Assembly (NCBI GenBank): GCA_965208325.1
Contig: OZ242326.1
Span: forward strand, 1,696,001-1,760,000
DNA: 64,000 bases
Reading direction: 5' to 3'
Source of the DNA: Candidatus Poribacteria bacterium
Lineage (GTDB): Bacteria; Poribacteria; WGA-4E; PCPOR2b
The position numbers were made by a program, and so were the translations under genes. The notes below the pieces were generated by a model that saw only the letters and a list, made by a program, of their open reading frames with translations, was not told where the DNA came from and did no database searches. This document shows positions 27,926-39,556 of the stretch, piece after piece (within the stretch, counting starts at the first letter, position 1; each line of letters begins with the position of its first letter).

Positions 27926-30900
27926 CTATTTCACGATGACCATCCGCTTCACCGAAGTAAAGTCGCCGGCCCGGAGTTGATAGAAATACAGTCCGCTCGC
28001 AACGCGCTCTCCGGTCTCGGATTTTCCGTCCCAAAACGCCGCACGTTCCCTATCAATGTAATAACCCGCCCTCTGATGTCCCAATTTCAATTGGCGAACA
28101 ATTGCGCCGTCGGAGTCATAAATTGAAATTTCCACCGATGCATCGGACGCCAATTGATAAGGGATCCACGTTTCCGGATTGAACGGATTCGGGTAGTTGG
28201 GCAAGAGTCTAGTTTCAGTAGCGGCACTTTTGCGCTGCGTTAACCATGCGAGCAGAAGATTACGCGCGGTAACTGCCGCCGGCGATGGATTGGTGAGCGC
28301 TCCCAATTCGGCGAGTGCGCCTTGAATCGCAGCAATCCCGTCTACTGCGAGCGGTCCCGGATGTGGAATTTGTGGAAGTGTAGAAAAGATACCCCGCACA
28401 TTGCTCGGCGCAGACGGCGCCGCTATGTTTTCGCCGAGCCGTTCGCTGATTCGAATTAGATCATCGACATCAACGGTTCCATCCCTGTTGACATCGGCTG
28501 CAGGGTTTTTGGGCGGCGTCTGCCCGAATTGCATACCGGCAATAACCAAGTCGGCGACATCAATGACACCGTCCGCATTGACATCTTCAGGATTGGCCGC
28601 ATCTTGAGGAACCGTTTGTGTCCGTTCTATGAAGTCGGCGTATGACATTGCGCATCGAAAACCGCCGAGATGAATGCGAAAATCCGGGGTGCTGACGTGG
28701 TTGTCACGATGGGCGCATCGGGTCACGTGTCTTTTATTCATCCAACATGCCCCGCGGAACGCGCGGTGTATCCCGAACGCTGGTCCCTGTGGGTTATTCC
28801 ACTCCGTTAGCGAAGAATAATAGGCATGATTATACCAATCTGAAACCGATTCCCAGACATTGCCGACCATATCCAGCGCTCCGTACGGACTTGCGCCGTC
28901 GGGGAAACTTCCGACAGGCGTGGTTGTCCGGGGCCCAAGTTCCAAGGAATTCAAGCGTGTGGGGTCCCATTCATTCCCCCAAGGGAATATCCGGGCGTCC
29001 GTGCCTCTTGAGGCTTTTTCCCATTCGGCTTCTGTCGGCAATCGTTTCCCCGCCCATTTTGTGTATGCGACTGCATCATTGTAGCTCACTTGGACCACCG
29101 GATGATTCATTTTGTCCCGAATGGTGCTTCCGTGCCCAAGCGGCGCCCTCCAGTTTGCGCCCTGGATTTGAGGCCAAACGTTGCCGCCCTCCCATACAAA
29201 TCCCCAGTTTTCCCTTTCAGCGTCGGTGATGTAACTGGTCGCATTCACAAATTTTTCAAACTGCGCGTTCGTCACCTCAAATTTGTCGATGTAAAAGGCG
29301 TCCAAATATACCGTATGCTGCGGCTGTTCATGCTTGAAAAGTTCTCGGAGTGCGGGATTACGCCGCGTAATTTCATCAAGTTGCGAATCACTCGTGCCCA
29401 TAATGAACTCGCCTTCGGGCACGAGCACCATGGTTGAATCGTCCTTTTGGTGGGTGATTTCAGTCAGGGGACCATCGTGGATAACGGTGTCAAGCGCGGG
29501 AAGATGCATAGATGCTCCCGTTCCGCTGTAGAACGGAATCTCTGCATTAACCGGACTGTTATTAAAATTTGCGACTATCCAACGATCAGATTCCTCGGTC
29601 ACCAATTTTACCGCCTTGACGAGACTATCGCTCGTAGCTAACCACTGAAGTTTGTCCACCATGCTTCGTGCCGCATCCCTGTCGCCGCTGATTAAGAGAT
29701 AACTGCCCTCTCGAACAATATCGCCTTGTTCGTATTCCCCCGCTCCCAATCGCGGATTCGATGCCAGGACGTAATCGATCCGTTCACTTATCTGTCCATT
29801 CCAAAGGTTTCTCTTTCCGGGTCGAATCCTAAATGCGCCATTGTTGCGCACGCTGATGATTCCTAGTTTGTCGTCGATGTTTATCCATGCTGAATCAATT
29901 GTGATATCCTCGCCCGGGCTGCTCCCAGCCGACAACCTTACCGTGTCGCCCGCAGAATATATTTGCCTCTGGTTATCGTTAAAGATGTCGTTCGGCAAAT
30001 GGTAAGTCAAACCGGCTTGCGCGGATACTGTAATTGCTTCGCGCGCCACGAGATATTCCATCATTATCGCGGTTCCGTCCTCGGGCAACGCCGTAAAACT
30101 TATGTAGTGGTCTAAACCGTCTGTATTGCCGCGCCTCCCCTCTCTTAAATGCCCTGTAGCGATGAAACCTCCTTCAATGAAGCGCTCATTATGATGTAGG
30201 AGTAAAGGGGGCGCGTCCGTATCTTTAATAAATACATTGCCGATGAAATTTCCTCTTGCCCATTCCACCATGTTGTCGTCTCCAGGCACAAATAAAGCCA
30301 TTGGATAGTGTCCTGACAGATGCTGCCAACTGAATGACACAAACAGGTTTTCTGTGCGTGTGTAGAGATACTGGCAAAATTCGCTGTGAAAACTGCCTTC
30401 CACCTTTTTCCGAAAAGTGTAAAAGTTTTCGGCGCTTATTGTGGGCGAGAATTGGTGGAGCAGATAGGCTAACCCCATATTCGCGTAGCCATCTGTTTCG
30501 TAGATAAGGGGCCATCCCTGGCGTTGATTTGCGAACCGTGCCCCGAAAATACTCCCGCCGCTGTTCTGTTGCTGCTCCCACGAGAGAGCGCGAAAGCGGA
30601 GTTGTTCGATGAGCCGTGCGTCGGAGTCGCCGAGTTCATTTTCCAACAGTACTAAGGCAGGAATGATAAAGTAAGGCCCGTAGACGTGCCGCCCCCAATC
30701 CTTGCCCTGAAAATAGGCAAAACGTCCGGAAAAAAGATGTGTGCGCTTTAGCGTATCCCAAACATCGGTGAGATGATGGAAAAGAGTTTGTGGCACTGGC
30801 TGTCCGTTGCTAACGAAAGCGTAGTATGCCCAAGCGAGCGAGTGCAGCGGAACCGCAATATAGTCAAACTGATAGGCGCCGTGTCCTTCCAGTGTGAAAT

Positions 30901-31747
30901 CCGGATGCGCGTTTGTTGTATTTACCCATTCATTAACCGGTTTTCCATCGACTACTGTGGTGTCGTTGGAATCCGCCTCAACCGAAAAGGTGTTCATGAA
31001 CAACTCTTGCGCTTTCGATAGCCACCTTTCTGCATTGGGGTGGTTTGGATACAGGCTGGCTGCCCAAGCGAGTACCTCGGCGTTCAAGGCGTTGAGTTCA
31101 GCTTGGGTGTCTTCGTATTCACGGGAAAACACCCGGTTTCCTAACTGAAAATCCGCTTCATGAACAACGACGCGCCGAATGGCATCAGTTTCCTCTTGGG
31201 TTAACTCATCCCAAATCAGGCGCGCCCCAGCCACAGCTTTAGAAATGACCCATGGCGACAACCACTGATGCGGCTGCGCCCCCCACTTTTCGCCGTCCGT
31301 ACAGACGATGCCGCCGGTGACGTGCGTCGCCGTAAAATATCGAAGCGCCGCCCGGACACGATTCAAAAGCGTCTCTCGACTGATTTGCGGTGCAGTACGA
31401 TTTCCTCCCGTTTCCGCAGCCAACAACCCGTATACGAAGATAAAATTAGCCAGTACGCGCATCTGATTGTGATCGTGCACGCCGTTGCTGAAATATCCGA
31501 GCTGGGAATCGCCCTGATAGCCGCTATGCCATTCTGATTCTGCGTAGGTCGGGAACCGTTCTAGAAATGCAATGTAATCCGCATGATTGGGAAAGTCTGC
31601 ACTTGGGTAAAAATGCTGAATCGGCGGGATAGCCCAAAGATTGAAGGGAAAGCCAAGTAGAGATGCTAGTAAAACAACTAAGATGGTAGGTAGTTTAGCA
31701 TGAGACGATTTACAGCAGGTGGTGCCGGTTCTCTTCAAAGATTGCAT
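27926..31747 (-). CDS. Large secreted multidomain protein: lyase-like helical/beta region, FGE-sulfatase (SUMF1) domain, dockerin-like EF-hands and FlgD-Ig/T9SS-like C-terminal domain
   Basis: FGE motifs KFEVTN, RLPTEAEWE, DMVGNVWE and GFRC; EDVNADGVID and ADVNRDGTVD; NYPNPFNPETWIPYQLA. The N-terminal ~750 aa is assigned only tentatively. Confidence 0.75.
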   Translation of the reverse strand: MQSLKRTGTTCCKSSHAKLPTILVVLLASLLGFPFNLWAIPPIQHFYPSADFPNHADYIAFLERFPTYAESEWHSGYQGDSQLGYFSNGVHDHNQMRVLANFIFVYGLLAAETGGNRTAPQISRETLLNRVRAALRYFTATHVTGGIVCTDGEKWGAQPHQWLSPWVISKAVAGARLIWDELTQEETDAIRRVVVHEADFQLGNRVFSREYEDTQAELNALNAEVLAWAASLYPNHPNAERWLSKAQELFMNTFSVEADSNDTTVVDGKPVNEWVNTTNAHPDFTLEGHGAYQFDYIAVPLHSLAWAYYAFVSNGQPVPQTLFHHLTDVWDTLKRTHLFSGRFAYFQGKDWGRHVYGPYFIIPALVLLENELGDSDARLIEQLRFRALSWEQQQNSGGSIFGARFANQRQGWPLIYETDGYANMGLAYLLHQFSPTISAENFYTFRKKVEGSFHSEFCQYLYTRTENLFVSFSWQHLSGHYPMALFVPGDDNMVEWARGNFIGNVFIKDTDAPPLLLHHNERFIEGGFIATGHLREGRRGNTDGLDHYISFTALPEDGTAIMMEYLVAREAITVSAQAGLTYHLPNDIFNDNQRQIYSAGDTVRLSAGSSPGEDITIDSAWINIDDKLGIISVRNNGAFRIRPGKRNLWNGQISERIDYVLASNPRLGAGEYEQGDIVREGSYLLISGDRDAARSMVDKLQWLATSDSLVKAVKLVTEESDRWIVANFNNSPVNAEIPFYSGTGASMHLPALDTVIHDGPLTEITHQKDDSTMVLVPEGEFIMGTSDSQLDEITRRNPALRELFKHEQPQHTVYLDAFYIDKFEVTNAQFEKFVNATSYITDAERENWGFVWEGGNVWPQIQGANWRAPLGHGSTIRDKMNHPVVQVSYNDAVAYTKWAGKRLPTEAEWEKASRGTDARIFPWGNEWDPTRLNSLELGPRTTTPVGSFPDGASPYGALDMVGNVWESVSDWYNHAYYSSLTEWNNPQGPAFGIHRAFRGACWMNKRHVTRCAHRDNHVSTPDFRIHLGGFRCAMSYADFIERTQTVPQDAANPEDVNADGVIDVADLVIAGMQFGQTPPKNPAADVNRDGTVDVDDLIRISERLGENIAAPSAPSNVRGIFSTLPQIPHPGPLAVDGIAAIQGALAELGALTNPSPAAVTARNLLLAWLTQRKSAATETRLLPNYPNPFNPETWIPYQLASDASVEISIYDSDGAIVRQLKLGHQRAGYYIDRERAAFWDGKSETGERVASGLYFYQLRAGDFTSVKRMVIVK

Positions 31748-31920
31748 CAAGTGCTCCAAAATTTTATGCGCTAATCGGCTTATTCTTGCATATATGCCCA
31801 ATAAAGTCAAGAATGGAATTCGGCTGTGTAGGTTTGCGCAGCGCAATCATGGACGATATTATTTAATGGTGATCGTGCACTCATAGGATTTGCCGCAATT
31901 CCCGATGCGCCAATCCCAAC

Positions 31921-31950
31921 TTGCCAAGCTAAACGCCTTCATGCTATAAT
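31921..31950 (+). promoter_or_regulatory. Putative argH promoter
   Basis: TTGCCA-N18-TATAAT with an extended -10 TG. Confidence 0.55.
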
Positions 31951-32047
31951 ACTCCGCACATTTATCGCCAAGAAATTACAACCGGATTAGACCAAACTAA
32001 ATGCGTGCGCCGAATAAAGTCATTGATGGCTCCGCCATATCGGAAGA

Positions 32048-33562
32048 ATGAAAAGGTCGAATAAACTATGGGGCGGGCGGTTCCGCTCAGACCCCGCTAC
32101 TAAAACTGAAGACTTCACGCAATCGATTGAAGTTGATTCTCGCTTGGTTGCGCACGACATCTGGGGGAGCCAAGCCCATGCAATAATGCTGGCGTATCAG
32201 GGCATCATATCTGATGTAGACCTTCAACATATCCTAACCGGGTTACACAAAGCCGAAAAAGATTTCCGCAACGGGACGTTCCGCCTCGAACGCGACAAGG
32301 AAGATGTCCACTTGAACGTGGAGGCGTACCTTATCAGTCAAGCTGGACGCGAATTTGGCGGAAAACTGCACACGGCGCGATCCCGGAACGACCAGATACT
32401 TGCCGATGCCCGCCTATACATTCGGGAGCAGCTCCTCCAGTGCCAAGGCGGTTTGTCTCGTCTATGCCGCCGATTCTTAGCAATTGCAAAAGCGCACCCC
32501 GAAACAGTCATGCCGGGCTACACCCATACGCAGCACGCGCAGCCAATCAGCCTCGGTTTTTGGGCAACCGCCTACGTCAGCATGTTTCTGCGAGATTGCA
32601 AACGCTTGAACGCTGCCTATGAAATCGTGAATGTTAATCCGCTCGGCGCATGTGCGCTAGCCGGCACGTCCTTTCCAATCGATCGCCGCTTGACAGCGGA
32701 GTTACTCGGTTTTGATTCCGTGCAGGAACACGCTCTGGATGTCATCAGCTCCCGCGATTTCATCGCCGAGCCGCTCTGTGCTTTGGCGGTGCTAATGGCA
32801 AACCTCTCTCGATTCAGCGAGGAACTTGTTTATTGGACATCTTACGAATTCGGCATGGCTGTGATTGATGATGCTTATGCGTCCGGCAGCTCGATTATGC
32901 CTCAGAAAAAAAACCCTGACCTCGCCGAACTCATACGCGGACGCACCGGCCGCATCTACGGTGCGCTTGTGGATCACCTGACTAACCTCAAGGCGTTGCC
33001 GATGGGCTATAACCGCGACCTGCAAGAAGATAAACCGCCGTTGTGGGATTCCTTTGACATCATCCAATCTTGCTTGGGAATACTGCCTGACATACTTGAA
33101 ACGCTTAATTTTCAAACAGACCGAATGGAAGCGTTGGCAAACGCCAACTTTGCGACTGCGACGGAGTTGGCAAATTATCTAGTTGGTGAATGCGGCATTG
33201 CGTTTCGTGAGTGCCACGAAATTGTTGGCGGCGTCGTGGGCGATCTGGTGGGGATGGGCAAGCCTTTTCAAGACTGGGAGGAGACGCAAATACTGTTGCA
33301 ACAACGAGGCATCAAACTGTCCATTCCAAAACTCCAAGCTATTCTCGATTCAAAGTGCGCGCTTCGTAATTACCAGAGCCTTGGGAGTGCATCACCCGAT
33401 GAGGTTAAGCGGATGACCGAGGAATTTGAGGAAAGGTTGGACGTTATTGAGGCGAAAATTGAAACTCGGCAAGCTGCGATTCAGGCGGCGCACGAACGCA
33501 CTCGCCAAATCGTCGAACGGGTGCTGGCAGGCAAGCCGATTGGGGAGGTCTTGCCCGAATAA
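32048..33562 (+). CDS. argH: Argininosuccinate lyase
   Basis: KLWGGRF, LHTARSRNDQ, MPGYTHTQHAQP, GSSIMPQKKNPD. Confidence 0.97.
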   Translation: MKRSNKLWGGRFRSDPATKTEDFTQSIEVDSRLVAHDIWGSQAHAIMLAYQGIISDVDLQHILTGLHKAEKDFRNGTFRLERDKEDVHLNVEAYLISQAGREFGGKLHTARSRNDQILADARLYIREQLLQCQGGLSRLCRRFLAIAKAHPETVMPGYTHTQHAQPISLGFWATAYVSMFLRDCKRLNAAYEIVNVNPLGACALAGTSFPIDRRLTAELLGFDSVQEHALDVISSRDFIAEPLCALAVLMANLSRFSEELVYWTSYEFGMAVIDDAYASGSSIMPQKKNPDLAELIRGRTGRIYGALVDHLTNLKALPMGYNRDLQEDKPPLWDSFDIIQSCLGILPDILETLNFQTDRMEALANANFATATELANYLVGECGIAFRECHEIVGGVVGDLVGMGKPFQDWEETQILLQQRGIKLSIPKLQAILDSKCALRNYQSLGSASPDEVKRMTEEFEERLDVIEAKIETRQAAIQAAHERTRQIVERVLAGKPIGEVLPE

Positions 33563-33619
33563 CGGATCGGCATTCCCGGACGAGGTGAACGCCTTCCAAA
33601 TACAAACGCAAATCAATTG

Positions 33620-34357
33620 ATGAAACCGGATACTGCTGAAAATAGGCTCATCGTCCCGTTAGATGTCGATAGTTTGGCGGATGCGAATCGAATTGTCGCA
33701 CAGCTCTTCAATTGTGTGAGAATGTTCAAAGTTGGCAAACAACTCTTCACGGCTGCCGGTCCCCCCGCTGTCAAGAGACTGATTGAGGAGAAAAAGGATG
33801 TCTTTTTAGACCTTAAATTCCACGACATCGCCAACACCGTTGCGGGGGCGGTTGCATCGGCAACAAAAATTGGCGCAGAGATGATCAACATGCACGCTTC
33901 AGGCGGACTTCAAATGATGCGCGCCGCAAAGGAAACCGCTGAAAGGATAGCATCGGAACTGGATATTCCCCCGCCGACGCTCTTGGGGGTAACTATCCTC
34001 ACGAGCATTGATGAGGCGGCCTTCCAGCGCGACTTTGGAACGAGTCGCAAGCTGAGAGATCAGGTCGCTTATCTCGCGGAACTTTCTCAAACCGCTGGCT
34101 TGAACGGCGTGGTCGCCTCGCCGTTAGAGATTGGGCGGGTTCGCGAGGTTTGCGGCGGCGATTTTGTCATTGTTACGCCCGGTGTTCGCCCAAAATGGGC
34201 ACGGCGCGGGGATCAGCGGCGCATCATGACGCCCGTAGAAGCCATTGCGGAGGGCGCGGACTATATCGTTGTTGGGCGCCCAATTACTGCTTCCAATCGA
34301 CCACGTGAGGCGGCAAACGCAATTATTGGTGAAATTAAGCAGGCTGAAGAAGGATGA
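33620..34357 (+). CDS. pyrF: Orotidine-5'-phosphate decarboxylase
   Basis: FLDLKFHDIANT, VTPGVRP, DQRR, VVGRPI. Confidence 0.97.
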   Translation: MKPDTAENRLIVPLDVDSLADANRIVAQLFNCVRMFKVGKQLFTAAGPPAVKRLIEEKKDVFLDLKFHDIANTVAGAVASATKIGAEMINMHASGGLQMMRAAKETAERIASELDIPPPTLLGVTILTSIDEAAFQRDFGTSRKLRDQVAYLAELSQTAGLNGVVASPLEIGRVREVCGGDFVIVTPGVRPKWARRGDQRRIMTPVEAIAEGADYIVVGRPITASNRPREAANAIIGEIKQAEEG

Positions 34358-34478
34358 AAGAGACGTGGATGTGAGATCCCCTTCCGTCTAATCTAATCAT
34401 GTTCCTCCACGCCTTTCGTCAATCGGAGGTAAACTCCGGGAATAGGTGCTTTATTCAGCCCCATTACACTGGACAACT

Positions 34479-35039
34479 ATGCTCAATCAAGACCGAGTTT
34501 TAGAAATCTTTCAATTTTCGGGTGCATTACTAGCCGGGCATTTCCAACTTAGATCTGGACTGCATAGCGATCGTTTTTTACAAACTTCCGTTGTCCTGCA
34601 ACATCCGGCGTATACTTCAGCAATTGGCACCGAGATTGCGGATCGAGTAAGGGGGTACCGCGCTAATATTGTGATCGGTCCCGCAATCGGCGGGGTGATT
34701 TTGGCGTACGACGTGGCGCGGGTATTGGGTGCCCGCGCCATGTTCGGCGAGAAGAACGGCGATCAGATGACGCTTCGGCCGGGGTTTAATATTGCACCCC
34801 GCGATCGGATTGTCGTCGTAGATGATGTTCTGACAACGGGCGGGTCGGTGTTCAAATTAGTAAATCTTTGCCGCCGATACGGCGCGCAGGTCGTCGTGAC
34901 AGCATTTATCGTTGACCGCAGCACAACGCCAATTGACTTTGGCGTTCCGACAATTTCCCTCGCGGCAATCAATATTGCTACGTATGCGTCCGATGAATGC
35001 CCTATGTGCCGGCAAGGCATTCCCCTAGTTGAACCGTAA
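34479..35039 (+). CDS. pyrE: Orotate phosphoribosyltransferase
   Basis: GHFQLRSGLHS and PRPP motif VVVDDVLTTGGS; adjacent to pyrF. Confidence 0.95.
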   Translation: MLNQDRVLEIFQFSGALLAGHFQLRSGLHSDRFLQTSVVLQHPAYTSAIGTEIADRVRGYRANIVIGPAIGGVILAYDVARVLGARAMFGEKNGDQMTLRPGFNIAPRDRIVVVDDVLTTGGSVFKLVNLCRRYGAQVVVTAFIVDRSTTPIDFGVPTISLAAINIATYASDECPMCRQGIPLVEP

Positions 35040-35156
35040 TTCCGGGAATAACCCCGCTGCACGGGGTATTATGGAAAGGTGCAATAACAGTATGAAGAAA
35101 CGATTCCACCCCGGCCGCTATATCTTTGACATTCGCAATTCACGCAAATCCAAAAC

Positions 35157-36950
35157 ATGAAGCAGAGAATACGAAACTTTTGTATTTTAGGGCACATAGA
35201 TCACGGGAAAAGTACTCTGAGTGATCGCCTTTTGGAATACACTGGTACCTTGACGCAGCGCCAGATGCGGGATCAGGTGCTCGATTTGATGGATCTGGAA
35301 CGCGAACGCGGGATTACGATTAAGGCAACCGTTGTTAGACTGGAGTATCGCGCCGCAGATGGGGAAGTCTACGAGTTAAATCTGATTGATACCCCCGGCC
35401 ACGTTGATTTTACCTACGAGGTCTCTAGGAGTTTAGCCGCGTGCGACGGCGCACTCTTGATTGTCGATGCCGCCCAGGGGGTTGAAGCTCAGACCTTGGC
35501 AAATGCATATCTTGCTATAGATCAAAACCTTGAAATTGTGCCCGTTATCAACAAGATTGACCTTCCTATAGCACGGCCCGACGCGGTGAAACGTGAGATT
35601 GAGGAAATCATCGGGCTGCCCGCTGAAGATGCAATTTTAGTCAGCGCAAAACAGGGTGTTGGGACACACGAGGTGTTAGAGGCAATCGTTAGTTATATTC
35701 CGCCGCCCCAAGGAGATTCTAATGCGCCCTTAAAGGCGTTGGTGATAGACTCGCTATACGATAGCTACCGGGGTGTCGTTATGTATGTCCGCGTTTTTGA
35801 CGGTACGGTCAAGACGGGGGATGGCATTCGGTTGATGGCGACCGAAAAATCTTACGAAGTCGAGGAGGTCGGCGTATTTTTGCCAACTATGGAGCCGGTT
35901 AGCCAGCTCTCCACCGGCTCCGTCGGTTATGTAATCGCTTCAGTTCGGGAGATTGCGGATGCGAAGATCGGGGATACCATCACTCACCAGGACAGAGCGG
36001 CGCTGAAAGCGTTGCCCGGCTATCGTGAACTCAACCCCCTCGTGTTTTGCGGGCTGTATCCGGCAGATGCCGGTGAATTTGTCCCACTCCGGGAAGCGCT
36101 GGAAAAGCTAAGGCTAAACGATGCATCGTTCACTTTTGAGCCCGAAAGTTCCGTTGCGCTCGGCTTTGGTTTTCGATGCGGTTTCTTGGGGCTGCTGCAC
36201 ATGGAGATTATCCAGGAACGCCTTGAACGCGAATTTGATTTGTCTCTTATCCGCACTTCCCCCAGCGTCCGCTATCATGTCTTCCAAACAAATGGAAAAC
36301 GCCTTGTGGTCGATAATCCTGCCCAAATGCCGCCTCCAGACAAAATTGACCACATTGATGAACCACACATCACCGCCGACATTATCGTTTGGAAGGACTA
36401 TATCGGATCAGTAATGGATTTGTGCCAGAAACGGCGAGGACGTTTTATTCAAATGAATCAGCTCGACCAATCCCGCGTACAGGTGATTTACGATCTGCCG
36501 TTAGGCGAGATTCTCATTGATTTCTACGATAAACTTAAATCTGCAACGCGCGGCTACGGTTCGTTAGAATATGACATCGGCGAATATCAGCCTGCGGATT
36601 TGGTGAAATTGGATATTCTGCTCCACGGTAAAGCGGTTGATGCGCTATCGACAATCCTTCATCGCGATTTGGCATACGCCCGCGGCAAAGCTTTGGTCGA
36701 GAAGTTGCATGAGGTGATCCCGCGTCAGATGTTTGAGGCGCCAATTCAAGCGGCAATTGGCAACCGAGTGATAGCTCGAGAAACCATTCGTGCTTTACGT
36801 AAAAATGTCACCGCAAAACTCTATGGCGGCGATGTGACGCGAAAACGAAAGTTGTTGGAACGGCAGAAGGAAGGCAAAAAAAGAATGAAACAAGTTGGCA
36901 GTGTCGAAGTGCCTCAAGAGGCGTTTATGGCGATTCTTTCAATTGAGTAG
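35157..36950 (+). CDS. lepA: Elongation factor 4
   Basis: [48 protein letters not shown]. Confidence 0.98.
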   Translation: MKQRIRNFCILGHIDHGKSTLSDRLLEYTGTLTQRQMRDQVLDLMDLERERGITIKATVVRLEYRAADGEVYELNLIDTPGHVDFTYEVSRSLAACDGALLIVDAAQGVEAQTLANAYLAIDQNLEIVPVINKIDLPIARPDAVKREIEEIIGLPAEDAILVSAKQGVGTHEVLEAIVSYIPPPQGDSNAPLKALVIDSLYDSYRGVVMYVRVFDGTVKTGDGIRLMATEKSYEVEEVGVFLPTMEPVSQLSTGSVGYVIASVREIADAKIGDTITHQDRAALKALPGYRELNPLVFCGLYPADAGEFVPLREALEKLRLNDASFTFEPESSVALGFGFRCGFLGLLHMEIIQERLEREFDLSLIRTSPSVRYHVFQTNGKRLVVDNPAQMPPPDKIDHIDEPHITADIIVWKDYIGSVMDLCQKRRGRFIQMNQLDQSRVQVIYDLPLGEILIDFYDKLKSATRGYGSLEYDIGEYQPADLVKLDILLHGKAVDALSTILHRDLAYARGKALVEKLHEVIPRQMFEAPIQAAIGNRVIARETIRALRKNVTAKLYGGDVTRKRKLLERQKEGKKRMKQVGSVEVPQEAFMAILSIE

Positions 36951-37284
36951 CAAGGAAGCGGAAAGTATTACGAGCACGACGCTGAATCAGTTTAGAAGGG
37001 CTGCATGACGTTACTTTGGAATAGGTCGGTGCCAAAGTCAAAGAGACTAGAAAGTCTCTCCTACGGTTAGAGAGGGGCAGAATCGGCAAATTAATCCGGT
37101 CGGAATTTGATGGCAGTCAAGAGTAAGGAGCGAACACGAGCAAGCAATGGAAGCGCGGAGACGTGAGAGGCTAAAGTTCGTCCTTCAATTCTCACGGTTC
37201 GCATTCCGCATCTTTCATAAACACCGGTTTCTTGTATTAATTTTTTTTGCACTGATATTGCTTATTATTGGAGGAATTTTATTG

Positions 37285-38124
37285 ATGAATACAGATACAA
37301 ACGACACAAAGGAAAACCTTTCGCGATGGCAGCGATTCCAGCAGACCGTGGTATGGGAGTATCTACAAGTCATCATTGTCGCTTTCGTTCTCGTTTTTGG
37401 GTTTATTCGCCCCTTTGTTGTCGAAGCATTCAAAATCCCTTCGGGTTCAATGGAGAACACACTGCTTGTTGGCGATCGTATCCTCGTCTGCAAGTTCATC
37501 TACGGAATTAAAGTACCCGGTACGGACATCGAACTCCTTAACTTTCATAAACCGGCGCGGGGAGATGTCTTTGTCTTTATTCCACCCCACGAGCGGGCAA
37601 AGAATTTCATCAAGCGCATTGTCGCTGTGGAGGGTGATGAGATTGAAACTAGGGGGGACAGGCTTTACGTCAACGGCCGTGCAATCGACGATAGCAGTTA
37701 CACCAAGCACGTTCCGTTTCCCACGCCCGACTTTCCACCGTTCCACGCAAAAGGGGTGAGAAGCGGTATGCTGTCCATGGATAAATTTCCAACCTTTGAT
37801 GCCCAAGAAGATTTTGACGGTCTGTTTTCCGACTACAAGCTGTCACCGAATCAGTTCCGCATGAAGTTCCCGATGGGCAAACCGTTTAAGGTCCCAAAGG
37901 GTTATGTCTTTGCGATGGGTGACAATCGAGATCAGAGTCAGGATAGCCGTACGTGGGGACCGGTTTCTGTAAGGGACATCAAGGGTCAGGCGTTCTTGGT
38001 CTACTGGTCGCACGATAGCAGAAATCGTACAAAGCCTTGGCAGATTTGGAAGATTATCGGAGATATACGATTTAGCAGAATCGGCAAATTAATCCGATCG
38101 GAATTCGAAGCGAGCAAAGAGTGA
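37285..38124 (+). CDS. lepB: Signal peptidase I
   Basis: IPSGSMENTL, FIKRI, MGDNRDQSQDSR; follows lepA. GGAGG RBS favours ATG 37285; the alternative start is 37147. Confidence 0.95.
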   Translation: MNTDTNDTKENLSRWQRFQQTVVWEYLQVIIVAFVLVFGFIRPFVVEAFKIPSGSMENTLLVGDRILVCKFIYGIKVPGTDIELLNFHKPARGDVFVFIPPHERAKNFIKRIVAVEGDEIETRGDRLYVNGRAIDDSSYTKHVPFPTPDFPPFHAKGVRSGMLSMDKFPTFDAQEDFDGLFSDYKLSPNQFRMKFPMGKPFKVPKGYVFAMGDNRDQSQDSRTWGPVSVRDIKGQAFLVYWSHDSRNRTKPWQIWKIIGDIRFSRIGKLIRSEFEASKE

Positions 38125-38216
38125 GACGTGAAGACTAGCGTAGGAAGATTCAAGAGATAAACGGCATTTCATGTTAAATGCAGCTCCGTTTCGTTCAAAT
38201 TGGAGGCAAACGCCCA

Positions 38217-39314
38217 TTGTCTGTTGCAGTCTGTCTAGAACGTGTTGTTAAAGCCTTCGATACCACCGTCGCCGTAAACGATGTCAGCCTTGAGATTCGA
38301 GAAGGCGAGCTGTTTTTTCTGTTGGGACCGTCAGGCTGCGGCAAGACAACCTGTTTGCGGGTTATCGCCGGATTCTATGAACCTGACGTTGGAGAATTGC
38401 GGTTTGGCGGTCGCGTCATGAATAGCGTGCCGCCTCATAAGCGAAACACCGGGATGGTATTTCAAAACTATGCGCTCTGGCCGCATATGAATGTTTATGA
38501 AAATGTCGAATACGGTTTGACCATCCGTAAGGTCGATAAGGAAGCCCGCAAGAATAGGGTGGCGGAGGTGCTCAATGTCGTTCGTATGCCGGAGTATGCC
38601 GACCGCCCCGTCAATAAACTCTCTGGCGGACAGCAACAGCGGATTGCCTTGGCGCGTGCGTTGGTGGTTGAGCCAGACGTGTTGCTGCTAGATGAGCCGC
38701 TCAGTAACCTTGACGCAAAACTTCGCCTGGAGATGCGGCACGAAATCAAGCGGATTCATTCGCAAGCGAACATCACGGCAATCTACGTCACGCACGATCA
38801 GCACGAAGCCCTCTCCCTGGCCGATCGGATGGCAATCATGAATGACGGGGTAATCGTACAAGTTGGCGCGCCGCGCGAGGTCTATCGCGCGCCTGCGAAC
38901 GCTTTTGTCGCTAGCTTCATTGGCGAGACGAATTTCATTGAAGGCCGGATTAGCGCTCAGTCGAACGGAGCCGCCGAAATTATAACGACGATGGGGATTC
39001 TTCACACGACAACAATCTATCACGAATTTGCCAACGGGGAAAACGTAACCTGTTCTATCCGTCCCGAATCCATCCATATCCACGATGAAATGCCATCGGG
39101 TGTTCCGAATCGTCTGAGCGCGAAGGTCGTTGAGGCAACCTATCTCGGTCGTATTGAGGAATACCAGCTTGCGCTCAACGACAAATTTAAAGCCAAGGCA
39201 AGTCTATACAATCCTGGGCGGCAAGGCAAGGCGGTCGGCGAGACAATCCATTGCTGCATCCATCCGGAAGATGTAATCCCGCTGCCAGTGGACGGACGGT
39301 TAAGCGATTCTTGA
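38217..39314 (+). CDS. ABC transporter ATP-binding protein (PotA/FbpC-like, with TOBE domain)
   Basis: GPSGCGKTT, LSGGQQQR, LLLDEPLSNLD, YVTHDQ; TTG start after GGAGG (alternative 38178). Confidence 0.93.
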   Translation: MSVAVCLERVVKAFDTTVAVNDVSLEIREGELFFLLGPSGCGKTTCLRVIAGFYEPDVGELRFGGRVMNSVPPHKRNTGMVFQNYALWPHMNVYENVEYGLTIRKVDKEARKNRVAEVLNVVRMPEYADRPVNKLSGGQQQRIALARALVVEPDVLLLDEPLSNLDAKLRLEMRHEIKRIHSQANITAIYVTHDQHEALSLADRMAIMNDGVIVQVGAPREVYRAPANAFVASFIGETNFIEGRISAQSNGAAEIITTMGILHTTTIYHEFANGENVTCSIRPESIHIHDEMPSGVPNRLSAKVVEATYLGRIEEYQLALNDKFKAKASLYNPGRQGKAVGETIHCCIHPEDVIPLPVDGRLSDS

Positions 39315-39556
39315 ACATTGACTTGCCGAATTCCGAAAACCTGTGAAATATTTTAATCGCCAAGTTGCATATAGAAACTCAAAATTCATTGCTCCCGCTC
39401 CCCAGAGTAACAGAATGAAACTTGATACTGAGATTTTTCTTGAGGACTCGGTTTATTTTACGGAGCGGTGTACGCAAACCACTTCTTTATGACCGTCGCC
39501 TTGCATTTCCATGCCCAAATTTATACCCGGCGAATGTACACTTCGGGCAAGATTAT

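Noticed and set aside
28650..29430. Diversity-generating retroelement target in the FGE domain
   Set aside because: No template repeat or RT is in the window and the domain is internal. A remote DGR cannot be excluded without the whole genome.
37147..37284. N-terminal extension of LepB with an extra TM segment
   Set aside because: The GGAGG RBS favours ATG 37285; the extension may be an artefact of T-rich DNA.
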